A stretch of DNA of 64,000 bases from an uncultured Actinomycetes bacterium (lineage in GTDB: Bacteria; Actinomycetota; Thermoleophilia; UBA2241), in contig CAVYCN010000006.1 in NCBI GenBank assembly GCA_963767005.1, forward strand, positions 1-64,000. The letters are read 5' to 3'. Under the pieces are notes generated by a model, which was given only the letters and a program-made list of their open reading frames with translations, was not told the DNA's origin and did not search any database. Position 1 is the stretch's first letter. Every line of letters begins with the position of its first letter. Shown piece after piece: positions 29,220 through 38,384 of this stretch. The position numbers were made by a program, and so were the translations under genes.

Positions 29220-29864
29220 ATGGCCGAACCGCGCTCCAATCCCTACGTCTGGGTGACCTGGCTCACCAAGCAGCTCGCCGGCGAAGACTCCTGCCGCTGG
29301 AAGCTCTGGTTTCGTGCCAACCACACCTACGGGCGCGTGCCCAGCGACTTCGACCTCGCGCGCTGGACGGCCGACCACACGCAGCTCCTGCACGCCCAGG
29401 CCGATGAGCTGCGCGACCAGGGCTACGCCGTCTACCTCGAAGGCCAGAACGACTTTCGCCTGAAGGGCGCGAACGGAGCCACGCTGGCCGGCAAGGCCGA
29501 CATCGTGGCGATCGGCCCGCACGACGCCGTCGTGATCGACTGCAAGACCGGCAAGGAACGCAACTCCGACAAGCTCCAGGTCCTGCTCTACATGCTGGCG
29601 CTGCCGCTCACCGCCGCGCACTGCCGCGGCCGGCAACTGCGCGGCGAGGTGCGCTACCGCGAGACCGGCGTCGGCGTGGCTGCTTCGACGGTCGACGACG
29701 AGTTCCGCGCCATGGTCAAGGAGGCGATGGACCTCGCCGCCGCGCCGGTCGCTCCGCTCAAGACGCCGAGCGCCTCCGAATGCCGCTACTGTGACATCAC
29801 GGCGGCCGACTGTCCCGATCGCGTCGACGAGCCCGCCGCGGTCACCGACACCGACCTGTTCTAG
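29220..29864 (+). CDS. Solo Cas4/RecB-like PD-(D/E)xK nuclease
   Basis: N-terminal Cys (DSCRW), GKAD..IDCKTG..QVLLY, C-terminal CRYC...C. Confidence 0.8.
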   Translation: MAEPRSNPYVWVTWLTKQLAGEDSCRWKLWFRANHTYGRVPSDFDLARWTADHTQLLHAQADELRDQGYAVYLEGQNDFRLKGANGATLAGKADIVAIGPHDAVVIDCKTGKERNSDKLQVLLYMLALPLTAAHCRGRQLRGEVRYRETGVGVAASTVDDEFRAMVKEAMDLAAAPVAPLKTPSASECRYCDITAADCPDRVDEPAAVTDTDLF

Positions 29865-30025
29865 GCACGCCGCCCAACGCGGGCTGTTTCACGCCGCACG
29901 TTCGTCCGGCGGCCCATCGCGCCTTGCCGCGGCCGGCCGCCAAGACGGCCGGTCGGCATCGAACCCGCCCCGCCCCGGGAACACCTGCTCCGAACAGGAC
30001 GACGCCGAAGTCGAGGAGGGGCGGC

Positions 30026-30613
30026 ATGACCGAGCAAGAGGTGTTCGTGCTCGCCGACCGGGCGCTGCAGCGCGTGGTCGAGCAGGTGAGCGACGACCAG
30101 TGGGAGCGCCTGGTGCCCGACGAGATGACGCCGCGGCAACCGGGCTCGATACTGCGCCAGGTCGTCAGCTATCTCGCCTACGACGAGGCCTGGGTGCCCG
30201 ACGTGCTCGCCGGCCGCACGATCGCCGAGGTCGGCGCGGCCCACGACGGCGACCTGCTGGGCGACGACCCGAAGGCCGCCTTCGCCCGCCTGATCGAGGT
30301 CGCCTGCGACGCGGTGAGCCGCTTCGACGAGCTCGACCGGCCGGTCCACCTGACCTACGGCGACTGGCCGGCGCGCGAGTACCTCAGCCACATCACGTTC
30401 TTCCGCGCGCGCCGCGTCTACGACATCGCGCGCTTCATCGGCGCCGACCCCACGCTGCCTTCGGCCCTCGTCCAGGGTCTGCTCGACGAGCTCGACCCGC
30501 GGGCCGAGCAGTGGCGCCAGTACCACGTGATCGGCGCGCCACTCGAGCCGCCGGCCGACGCGACGCCGCAAGAACGCTGGCTCGCGCTTACGGGGTACGA
30601 GCCGCGACCGTGA
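30026..30613 (+). CDS. TIGR03086/DinB-superfamily protein
   Basis: AWVPDVLAG.TIAEVG...DGDLLGDDP, VHLTYG, YDIAR, LALTG. Confidence 0.75.
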   Translation: MTEQEVFVLADRALQRVVEQVSDDQWERLVPDEMTPRQPGSILRQVVSYLAYDEAWVPDVLAGRTIAEVGAAHDGDLLGDDPKAAFARLIEVACDAVSRFDELDRPVHLTYGDWPAREYLSHITFFRARRVYDIARFIGADPTLPSALVQGLLDELDPRAEQWRQYHVIGAPLEPPADATPQERWLALTGYEPRP

Positions 30614-30643
30614 ACCGGCGGACGGCCGCGCTGCCCGGTGCCG

Positions 30644-31000
30644 TCAGGCGGCGCGCCGCGACACGAAGTCGCGCGCCTCGTGAGCCAGGGCGAGCCACTG
30701 CGGCTCGGCGAGCTGCGGACCGACCGTCACCCATTCGCGCATAAGCCTGCCGCCGCCCGGATCGTAGCGCTCCCCCTCGCCCAGCGTGACCAGCGTGTCG
30801 ACGCGGTGTTGGGGCAGCTTGACCACGAGCCAGCCCTTCACGAGCATCGCGAAGATCCGGTCGTCGACCTTGAGCGCCGCGGCACCGAAGCCGGTGCGGC
30901 GCGGACCGTCGTCGGTCTCCCTGCTGACTGCCGGGTCGGTGAGGAAGGTGCGGCAGAGGGTCTCGAAGCGTTCGTCGGAAGCAACGCGCGGGTCGGTCAT
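30644..31000 (-). CDS. TfoX/YjbR-like small protein
   Basis: FGAAALKVDDRIFAML...VVKLP...GRLMREWV. Confidence 0.7.
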   Translation of the reverse strand: MTDPRVASDERFETLCRTFLTDPAVSRETDDGPRRTGFGAAALKVDDRIFAMLVKGWLVVKLPQHRVDTLVTLGEGERYDPGGGRLMREWVTVGPQLAEPQWLALAHEARDFVSRRAA

Positions 31001-31177
31001 GGGCGGACCACCTCTCTCAAAGCTCGCCGTGGAACCGTTCATCAGGACTCGTTCTTACCACGAACGGCGACTCCTCTGACAAGACGGTCCGCACGAGCGC
31101 CCCGACACCCGGTCCGTCTCCCTCTCGGCGCGCATGTTCGCGTCACACGCTCCGGCTGGTCGCAGCGGCCCCGCACG

Positions 31178-32389
31178 TCACGCGTCGCGGAGCGCACCCA
31201 CTTCGGCCGCCGACCGCCTCAGGCGCAGCACGCCGGGCAGCATCACGACCGCCGCGACGGCGCCGGCGCCGGCGCCGAGCACGTAAACGCCCTGCGCTCC
31301 GATCGCGTCGATCAGATAGCCGGCGCCGGCGAAGGCGACCAGGCTCACCATGCAGCCCGCCGTGGTGGTCACGGCGAAGACCCGGCCGCGCACGGCGTCG
31401 GGGCTCAACCGCTGCACGACGTTGTCGCTCGCCACAAGACCGATGTTGTCGACGAGCGCCGAGACCGCTTGTCCGACCAGCACGAGGCCGAACGCCGTCG
31501 TGACGCCGACCAGCAGATAGCCGAGCGCGACGCCGACGATGCCCAGCAGGATCGCAGCCGCCTCGCGGCGGCGGGTGAGCCGGCGCGCGAGGAGCGCGCC
31601 GGCCACGGCGCCGGCGCCGAAGGTCGCGTCGATCAGGCCGAAGCCGATCGAGCCTACGCCGAAGTGCTGGGCGAGCGGCGGGTCGGCTGGGATGGCGATG
31701 TTCATCGCAAACCAGATGACGGTCGTGCCGCAGAACAGCGGTAGCAGCACATCGCTGTGCAGGATGTGGCGCAGGCCGGCGCCGAGGCCACGGAACTCGC
31801 CCGCGTCGGCGGCCCGCCCCGGCGCCGTGTAGTCGCCGGTCGCCGACCAGATCAGCGCCGCCGAGACGAGGAACGAGGCGGCGTTCAGCGCGAACGTCAC
31901 GGGCCCGCCGGCGAAGGCCACGAGCAGGCCGCCGATCGCCGGCCCCATGGTCGCCCCCACGCTGCGGCCGAGCGAGATCTGGCTGTTGGCCCACGCCAGG
32001 TCCTCGGGTTGCGCCAGGTTGGGCACAGCCGCCGCCGAGGCCGCGTAAAACGGTGCGCCCGCGAACGAGCCGGCGAACGCGCACGCGACCATGAGCCAGG
32101 GGGCACGCACGAACACGAGCGCGGCCCACGCGGCCCCGTTCAGCAACTCGGAGACGATCATCAGGCGCCGGCGGTCGGACCTGTCGACCAGGGCGCCGGC
32201 GAACGGCTGCACGAAGCCCATGACGCCGAAGGTGAACAGGTAGAGGACCGACACCCAGACCGCCGAGCCCGTGCGCCGGTAGATAACGTAGGCGAGCGCG
32301 ACGCCCGCCGCATTGCTGCCCGTGATGCTCACCAGGCGGCTGACGGCAAGACGCTTGATCGCGCGACGGTTGGTGGCACTGTCAGGCAC
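31178..32389 (-). CDS. MFS transporter
   Basis: 12 TM; GALVDRSDRRRLM motif A, RGRV. Confidence 0.92.
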   Translation of the reverse strand: MPDSATNRRAIKRLAVSRLVSITGSNAAGVALAYVIYRRTGSAVWVSVLYLFTFGVMGFVQPFAGALVDRSDRRRLMIVSELLNGAAWAALVFVRAPWLMVACAFAGSFAGAPFYAASAAAVPNLAQPEDLAWANSQISLGRSVGATMGPAIGGLLVAFAGGPVTFALNAASFLVSAALIWSATGDYTAPGRAADAGEFRGLGAGLRHILHSDVLLPLFCGTTVIWFAMNIAIPADPPLAQHFGVGSIGFGLIDATFGAGAVAGALLARRLTRRREAAAILLGIVGVALGYLLVGVTTAFGLVLVGQAVSALVDNIGLVASDNVVQRLSPDAVRGRVFAVTTTAGCMVSLVAFAGAGYLIDAIGAQGVYVLGAGAGAVAAVVMLPGVLRLRRSAAEVGALRDA

Positions 32390-32424
32390 TGGCCTCCCCC
32401 CGACGAAGCGACGATACTATCACC

Positions 32425-33303
32425 ATGGCACAAAGCCCACAGCGGGCAGTCGTCGACCTCGTGAACGCGCGCTACTCGTGTCGCGCGTACCGCGACGAGC
32501 CGATCGCCGCCGACGCGCGAGCCAGCCTCGCCGCGCACCTGGCGACGCACACCGTGGGGCCGCTCGGCTCACGGGCGCGCTTCGCTCTGGTCGCCGCGGC
32601 TCCCGAAGACTCGGCCGCGCTGCGTCGCCTCGGCACCTACGGCTTCATCAAGGGCGCCCAGGGGTTCCTCGTCGGCGCCGTGCGGCGCGGCCCGCACGAC
32701 CTCGAGGACTACGGCTACCTGGTCGAACAGGCCATCCTGCAGGCGACCGGTCTCGGCCTCGGCACCTGCTGGCTGGGCGGCACGTTCACCAGGGGCAGCT
32801 TCGCTCAGCGCCTCGGCGACCTCGAACGCGGCGAGATCATGCCGGCCGTAGTGTCGCTCGGCTACCCGGCCGGTGACGGCAGCGCGCGCATCCGCGAACG
32901 CGAGGCGGGCAGCCGCAGGCTGCCCGCCTCCTCCCTGTTCCTCGCCGAGCGCCTCGGCGAACCGCTCGAGCTCGCGGCCGGCGATCCCTGGACCACGGCG
33001 CTCGAGGCGGTGCGCATGGCGCCCTCGGCCAGCAACAAGCAGCCCTGGCGCGTGCTGCGGCGCGGCGCCGACTGGCACTTTCTGCTGGAGCGCACGAAGC
33101 GCTACGGCAAAGGCAGCGCGCTCTTTGCCGTGCTGCGCCTGGCCGACCTGCAGCGCGTCGACCTGGGCATCGCCCTCTGCCACTTCGAGCTCGTCGCGCG
33201 CGAACTCGGCCTGGGCGGCGGCTGGGTGCTCGACGAGTCGGCGGCCGCCGTGTCGGGCACCGGCCTCGAGTACGTCGCGACCTGGCGCGGCCACAGCGCC
33301 TGA
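32425..33303 (+). CDS. Nitroreductase family protein
   Basis: RYSCRAY, GLGTCWLGG, APSASNKQPWR, DLGIALCHF. Confidence 0.9.
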   Translation: MAQSPQRAVVDLVNARYSCRAYRDEPIAADARASLAAHLATHTVGPLGSRARFALVAAAPEDSAALRRLGTYGFIKGAQGFLVGAVRRGPHDLEDYGYLVEQAILQATGLGLGTCWLGGTFTRGSFAQRLGDLERGEIMPAVVSLGYPAGDGSARIREREAGSRRLPASSLFLAERLGEPLELAAGDPWTTALEAVRMAPSASNKQPWRVLRRGADWHFLLERTKRYGKGSALFAVLRLADLQRVDLGIALCHFELVARELGLGGGWVLDESAAAVSGTGLEYVATWRGHSA

Positions 33304-33309
33304 GCGGCG

Positions 33310-33984
33310 CTACCCGGCCCGCTTCCCTTGCTCGCGGCGCAACGCCGCCTCGAGGCCGTCGAGCAGCACCGTCACGTGGAACTCGAAGGCCTCGTCCAGA
33401 GTGAGCAGCCAGGCCTGTGTGGGCACCGTGGCAAAGGCGCCGCCCGCCGCCTGGAGCGTGGCCTCGTCGACCTGCGCCTCGGGCACGTCGCGAAAGACCG
33501 CGGGATCGCCCGCGGCCAGCAGAAAGCCGTTCAGCGCGGTAAAGAACGACGACAGGGCCTGCGCGCTCGCGGCGGCGCCGAAGCCGGCGTTCTGGAGTCG
33601 CTCGATGAGCACGGCGCCACGCTCGAGCAGCGTGGCGCCGGCCGTCGAGCGGGTCGCCAGCAGCACGAAGGCGCCCGGATGTCGCCGGGCGAGATCGCGC
33701 CAGGCGTGCGCGGCCGCCGCGAGGCAGTCGCGCCAGCCGCCGGCCGGCGGCTCGGGCAGCTCGCGTGCCAGGGCGTCGGCCATGACGTCGAGCAGCGCCG
33801 CCTTGGACGGCACGTGATGGTAGAGCGACATCGCCTCGACGCCGAGCCCCTCGGCCAGGCGGCGCATGCTCAGGGCGTCGAGCCCGTCACGGTCGGCGAT
33901 CGCGATGGCCTGGCGGGCGATGCGCTCGACCGACAGCGCCGGCCGCGCGGGACGCCCGACCCCGCGCTCCTTCTTCTCAGTCAT
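33310..33984 (-). CDS. TetR family regulator
   Basis: GLDALSMRRLAEGLGVEAMSLYHHVPSK. Confidence 0.92.
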   Translation of the reverse strand: MTEKKERGVGRPARPALSVERIARQAIAIADRDGLDALSMRRLAEGLGVEAMSLYHHVPSKAALLDVMADALARELPEPPAGGWRDCLAAAAHAWRDLARRHPGAFVLLATRSTAGATLLERGAVLIERLQNAGFGAAASAQALSSFFTALNGFLLAAGDPAVFRDVPEAQVDEATLQAAGGAFATVPTQAWLLTLDEAFEFHVTVLLDGLEAALRREQGKRAG

Positions 33985-33992
33985 GGTTGACA

Positions 33993-34039
33993 CCTTACGC
34001 CGTAAGGACTAGTCTGGCAAGCGGACCTTACGCCGTAAG
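33993..34039. promoter_or_regulatory. Tandem TetR operators
   Basis: Two copies of the palindrome CTTACG-C-CGTAAG (33993-34007, 34026-34039) in the 73-bp divergent gap. Confidence 0.85.
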
Positions 34040-34057
34040 ATATCGACCGGGGGGCAC

Positions 34058-34795
34058 ATGGCACAACGAGACGACATCAGAGACCTGCCGCAGGACGGCG
34101 TCGTCGAGCTCGGCGCCGCGCAGGCCGACGGCCGCATCCTGCGCTCTGTCCGCACCGACGCGCTCCAGGGCCGCGACGCTCGCTTCAACCGCCTCTACGA
34201 CCGTCTGGCTCCGCTCTACGACTGGAACGAACAGATCGGTGGCCGTGTTTTCGGCGTCGACGCCGGGAGGGAGCGCGCGGCCATCGTCGAGCGTCTCGGG
34301 CTGCGGCCCGGGATGAGCGTGCTCGAGGTCTCCCCCGGTCCCGGTGTCTACCAGGGCCTCATCTCCGAGCGGCTCGGAGCCGCCGGGCGGCTGGTCGAGC
34401 TCGATCTCTCGATCGGCATGCTACGCGCCTGCGCCCGCCGCGCGCGGCGCGGCGGGCGTCACCCCCTGCTGGTCCAGGCCGACGCCGCCCGTCTACCCTT
34501 CGTCGACGACGCGTTCGACGTCGTGTTCCACTTCGGCGGCGTCAAGCTCTTCAATGAGCCGCAGCGCGCACTCGCCGAGTTCGTGCGAGTAGCGCGGCCC
34601 GGGGCGACCGTCGTGTGGGGCGACGAGGGCTTCGGGCAGGGGGCGCCGCGCGGCTGGCGCCGGCGCGCCCTGCAGCGCATGAACCCCGGCTTTCTCGAGC
34701 CCGTCCCGCCGTCGCCGGCGGGCCTTGCCGACGAGCGTCGGTACGAGATCATGAACGGCTGTGCCTGGCTGATCGTCGCGCGCAAGCAGGCCTGA
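34058..34795 (+). CDS. Class I SAM-dependent methyltransferase
   Basis: VLEVSPGPG, LDLSIGML, ADAARLPF.DDAFD, RVARPG. Confidence 0.88.
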   Translation: MAQRDDIRDLPQDGVVELGAAQADGRILRSVRTDALQGRDARFNRLYDRLAPLYDWNEQIGGRVFGVDAGRERAAIVERLGLRPGMSVLEVSPGPGVYQGLISERLGAAGRLVELDLSIGMLRACARRARRGGRHPLLVQADAARLPFVDDAFDVVFHFGGVKLFNEPQRALAEFVRVARPGATVVWGDEGFGQGAPRGWRRRALQRMNPGFLEPVPPSPAGLADERRYEIMNGCAWLIVARKQA

Positions 34796-34856
34796 CGCCC
34801 GGTCAGCCGATCGACTTCGTCGTCGGCGCTCAGGCGGACGTGACTTCGCTGCGCGC

Positions 34857-36710
34857 CTAGCGCAACGCGGCCAGGCGCGGGAAGCGGCTCTGCACCGCGG
34901 CGACCTCGCGCATGGCCTCCTGCAGGGTGGCCCGCGTGAGCGGCCGCAGCGTGTTCACGTCGATCTCGTTGTCGATCTTGCGGCCGTTGCGGATGGCGAA
35001 GGCGTGGTGGCGTAGCTGCAGGTGCGCCATGCTCGTGTAGGCCTCGCGCAAGGAGCGCTCGGCCGCCGTCTCCTCGCCATCGGACTCGCGCACGGCGATC
35101 AGGCGCTCCACCGTCGAGTGGGCGCTGATGCCGCGCGCGAAGGCACGATAGCGGGCCATGTTCTGGATGGGCACGAGGCCGTGCTTTTTGATGTCGATCG
35201 TGCCCTCGACGCGCTGCCGGAAGCCGAGCGGCAGGCGCGTGCGCGCGGCGAGCTGAGCAAGCCCCTGCATGAAGCTCTTGTGGTGCGGTGCCTCGCGCAT
35301 GATCTCGGTGAGGGCGAGGTCGATGTAGAGCTCGCCGGACACCTGGCGAAAGTCGAAAGCCACGCTGGCCCGCGCCAGGCGCTCGAGGTCGCGGCCCTCG
35401 AGGCAATCCTCGAAGACCCGCTGCCAGGCCGACAGCGACATGCGCCACTGCTGGTAGCGCGCCAGCACGCCGTGCGGGTCGGACTCGTAGCCGCAGAGCT
35501 CGAGGCCCTGGTTCACGTCGTCGGCGAGGGCCTTGAAGTACTGGTCGATGGCCGGGTCGTCGCTGTCGGCGTAGGCGAGGCCGTTGTCCTGGTCGGAGGC
35601 CAGGGTGAGCTCGCTGCGGGCGCTGCTGCCGAAGGCGAGCCAGGCGAAGGGAACCGGTGGATCGCCGTGGGCCGCGATCGAGAGCTCGAGCAGACGCGCG
35701 ATCATGGCGTCGTTCAACACAGTGAGCACGCGCATGAGCTGCGGCGCGTCGAGATGAGCCTCGAGCAGGTCGACGAACAGGTGGGGCACGTCGGCCGCGA
35801 AGCGCACGAGGTCGTCGCGGGTCGCCGCCGTCTGCAGCGAGCGGCGCAGCGCGAACGGGCTGCGGGCGTCGAGCGTCATCAGGTTGCTGGCCGACAGGAT
35901 GCCGAGCACCTCGCCCTCGGCGTCGAGCACCGGCAGGTGGTTCACGCCCGCGGTCATCATCGCGATGCTGGCCTCGGGGGCGAGCACCTCAGCGCCGATC
36001 GTGTGCACCGGCGTGGTCATGATGGCCGACACGGGCGCGTCGCGCGACACGCCCGCGAGCACCACCTTGTCGCGGAAGTCGAGGTCGGTGACGATGCCGA
36101 GGCCGTCGCGCAGGCGCACGAGCAGGGCGCTGCGCCCGGCATCGGACAGGATGCGGGCCGCCTCGTGGATCGGCGTGTCGGGCTCACAGAACAGCGGCGC
36201 GCTGCGCACGACCGAGGTCACTGCGCGGTTGCGCACGTCGGGCAGCGAGCGCATGGTCCGGGCCGCCTGGATCAGGCGCTCGCGCTGGTTGCCGGAAAGC
36301 CACGTGAGGCCCTCGGGGTGGCGCAGCAGATCGAAGGTCACGTCCTTGGGGATGCAGTACAGGATGGACTCGACGCTGGCTCGCACGGTGAACTCGGGCG
36401 ACAGGCCGGTCAGCAGCGTGGTGTGGCCGAACACCTCGCCGCGCGTGACGATCGCCACGACGGCCTCTTTGTGCACGAGCTCGAGCGTGCCCTGGTAGAC
36501 GACGTAGAGCTCGGTGCCCGGCACGCCGCTCTCGACGAGCACGGCCTCGCCGGCCGGCGCGCTGCGTTCGACGATCGAGCTCGCGACGCGCTCGAGCTCG
36601 AGCTTGCTGAGCCCGTTGAAGGGCTCGATGTCGGCCAGAAAGCGCATGCGCAGCTTGACCTGCTCGGCGCCGGGGGCCGGCTTGGTGGTGCGCGGCGTGC
36701 GGGGCGACAT
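34857..36710 (-). CDS. cNMP-binding / CBS / DUF294 nucleotidyltransferase signalling protein
   Basis: cNMP domain (GEVFG), CBS pair, FGSSARSELTLASDQDNG, DIKKHGLVPI. Confidence 0.9.
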   Translation of the reverse strand: MSPRTPRTTKPAPGAEQVKLRMRFLADIEPFNGLSKLELERVASSIVERSAPAGEAVLVESGVPGTELYVVYQGTLELVHKEAVVAIVTRGEVFGHTTLLTGLSPEFTVRASVESILYCIPKDVTFDLLRHPEGLTWLSGNQRERLIQAARTMRSLPDVRNRAVTSVVRSAPLFCEPDTPIHEAARILSDAGRSALLVRLRDGLGIVTDLDFRDKVVLAGVSRDAPVSAIMTTPVHTIGAEVLAPEASIAMMTAGVNHLPVLDAEGEVLGILSASNLMTLDARSPFALRRSLQTAATRDDLVRFAADVPHLFVDLLEAHLDAPQLMRVLTVLNDAMIARLLELSIAAHGDPPVPFAWLAFGSSARSELTLASDQDNGLAYADSDDPAIDQYFKALADDVNQGLELCGYESDPHGVLARYQQWRMSLSAWQRVFEDCLEGRDLERLARASVAFDFRQVSGELYIDLALTEIMREAPHHKSFMQGLAQLAARTRLPLGFRQRVEGTIDIKKHGLVPIQNMARYRAFARGISAHSTVERLIAVRESDGEETAAERSLREAYTSMAHLQLRHHAFAIRNGRKIDNEIDVNTLRPLTRATLQEAMREVAAVQSRFPRLAALR

Positions 36711-36778
36711 GGCGTTCCTTCGGTCGGATGCGAGGCTGACGGTGGGGTGTTCGGCCGGCGGGCGACCGCTCCTGCCGC

Positions 36779-37561
36779 CTAGTCTACGTGAGGAGCGATC
36801 GGCAGGAGCTCGTTGGCCCGCAGGTAGGCGAGACTGGCCAGCACGTCGGCCTCGCTGGTCATCTCGAGGGCGATGGTGGCCCCGGCCGCGCGCGCCGCGG
36901 TGAGCACAGGGCCGGCGTCGACCACACCGGTGCCGAGCGGCCGGTGGCTGTCGCCGTCGCCGCGCCCGAGGTTGTCGTGCAGGTGCACATGGACCACGTC
37001 GGCCTGCGGCTCCGACAACCACTCGGCGAGCGTGCCGGTGAGGGCGGCGTGACCGGCGTCGAGCACGACCCCGAGGCCCTGCAGGTCGAGGTCGCCGGGC
37101 CGCGTGAAGTGCGACTGGCGCTGGAACGGCATGTTCTCGACCGCCACGCGCACGCCGAGCTCGTCCTGCATCTCGCGCAGACGCGCGAACGAGCGCTGCA
37201 GAGCGAGGGCCACCCGGCGGCTCCAGGGCCGCGGCCGGCGCTGGATGTCGGGGTGAACGATGTACAGGAAGGCGCCGTGCTCGGCCGCCACCTCGAGGTG
37301 GCGCCGGTGCACCTCGAGGGCCGTCCGGTGGCGGCCGTTCGAGGCGCCGGCGAACTCGAAGTGCGTGAACGGCCCGTGCACGCTGAACGGCAGACCCGCG
37401 GCGGCGAGCGCCTGTCCGTTGCCGGGCTCGGTCAGCGAGTGCTGCCCGAACGAGAAGACCTCGGCCGCTGGTGCGATCTGGGCGATGCGGGCCAGGGCGT
37501 CGGCGAGCGGCAGTCCGGCGTAAGCGCCGGTCGACACGCCGATGTCGGAGTCGTGCTGCAC
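36779..37561 (-). CDS. Sugar phosphate isomerase/epimerase (AP endonuclease 2 TIM barrel)
   Basis: SVHGP, VENM, LDAGH, HLHDN, HRPLGTG, LE. Confidence 0.85.
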   Translation of the reverse strand: MQHDSDIGVSTGAYAGLPLADALARIAQIAPAAEVFSFGQHSLTEPGNGQALAAAGLPFSVHGPFTHFEFAGASNGRHRTALEVHRRHLEVAAEHGAFLYIVHPDIQRRPRPWSRRVALALQRSFARLREMQDELGVRVAVENMPFQRQSHFTRPGDLDLQGLGVVLDAGHAALTGTLAEWLSEPQADVVHVHLHDNLGRGDGDSHRPLGTGVVDAGPVLTAARAAGATIALEMTSEADVLASLAYLRANELLPIAPHVD

Positions 37562-37714
37562 GCGGCCTCCAGTATATGTGACCCGGAGTATGCCCCGCCG
37601 CGCGCGGCGACACGACACCACCGGCCGTCCTATCATGGGCGCAGGTGACGACAGCTTGACGAGGGTCGCCACCGGCTCGAAGCGACGAACGACGAAGGCG
37701 ACGATGGAGCGCAG

Positions 37715-37861
37715 GTGCCCGCAACCAGCGACGACGCGCCCGGCAGGCGCGTCCTGCGCCTGCGCGACCTGAACCGGGCGACGCTCGCGTGGCAGCTCCT
37801 GCGGCCGCGCGTGGCGCTCGGCGACGAAGCCACGCGCGTCGCGGTGGTCATCGCCGGGTGA
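37715..37861 (+). pseudogene. Remnant of an AlkZ/YcaQ (HTH_42) winged-helix DNA glycosylase gene
   Basis: 48-aa ORF after an RBS, containing VLRLRDLNRATLAWQLL, the family N-terminal signature LNRATLARQLL. Confidence 0.5.
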
Positions 37862-37998
37862 GGGCGCCTTCGGCCCCGCGCCGCCTCGCGCTCCGCCAAG
37901 ACGTGGGTGCGAGGCCGGCTCGCGACGGCGGACAGTTTGCGCGGCACGTTTCTGGTGAAAGAATCGGTGAAACATCTGCCCGGGCAAAAGGAGACCAC

Positions 37999-38274
37999 AT
38001 GGCAAAGACAGGGCAAGCGCGGGACTATCTCAAGCCGAGAGACCCGGCGACGATCGCGCCACGTCGAGGGCGCAGGGCTTCCACATTCTATCCCGACCTC
38101 GTCGCCGCGTTCCTGGACGCCGGTGAGAAGGCCATGGACGTCGACGTGGCAAAGATCGGGCGCAAGCCCGAGACGGTGCGTTCCGCCCTGAGAAAAGCGA
38201 TTACTACGATGGGCGTGCAGGGCAAGGTGCGCGTGTCGCTGCTGGGCGACGAGGTGGTGCTGATCGCGCGCTGA
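37999..38274 (+). CDS. Small basic hypothetical protein, possibly DNA-binding
   Basis: AGGAG RBS; 91 aa, Arg/Lys rich; AT-rich upstream region with GGTGAAA direct repeats. Confidence 0.75.
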   Translation: MAKTGQARDYLKPRDPATIAPRRGRRASTFYPDLVAAFLDAGEKAMDVDVAKIGRKPETVRSALRKAITTMGVQGKVRVSLLGDEVVLIAR

Positions 38275-38292
38275 CCGCGCAGGAGGGCGCCC

Positions 38293-38371
38293 GCAGAAGG
38301 CGCCGCCTCTCACGCGGGCCGGCGGTCAGAAGGCGCCGCCTCTCGCGCGGGCCGGCGGCGGCGCCTTCTGC
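38293..38371. repeat. Tandem ~34-bp duplication with inverted arm between convergent genes
   Basis: CAGAAGGCGCCGCC..TC.CGCGGGCCGGCGG twice, then GGCGGCGCCTTCTG. Confidence 0.6.
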
Positions 38372-38384
38372 CGCCGGCCGCCGG

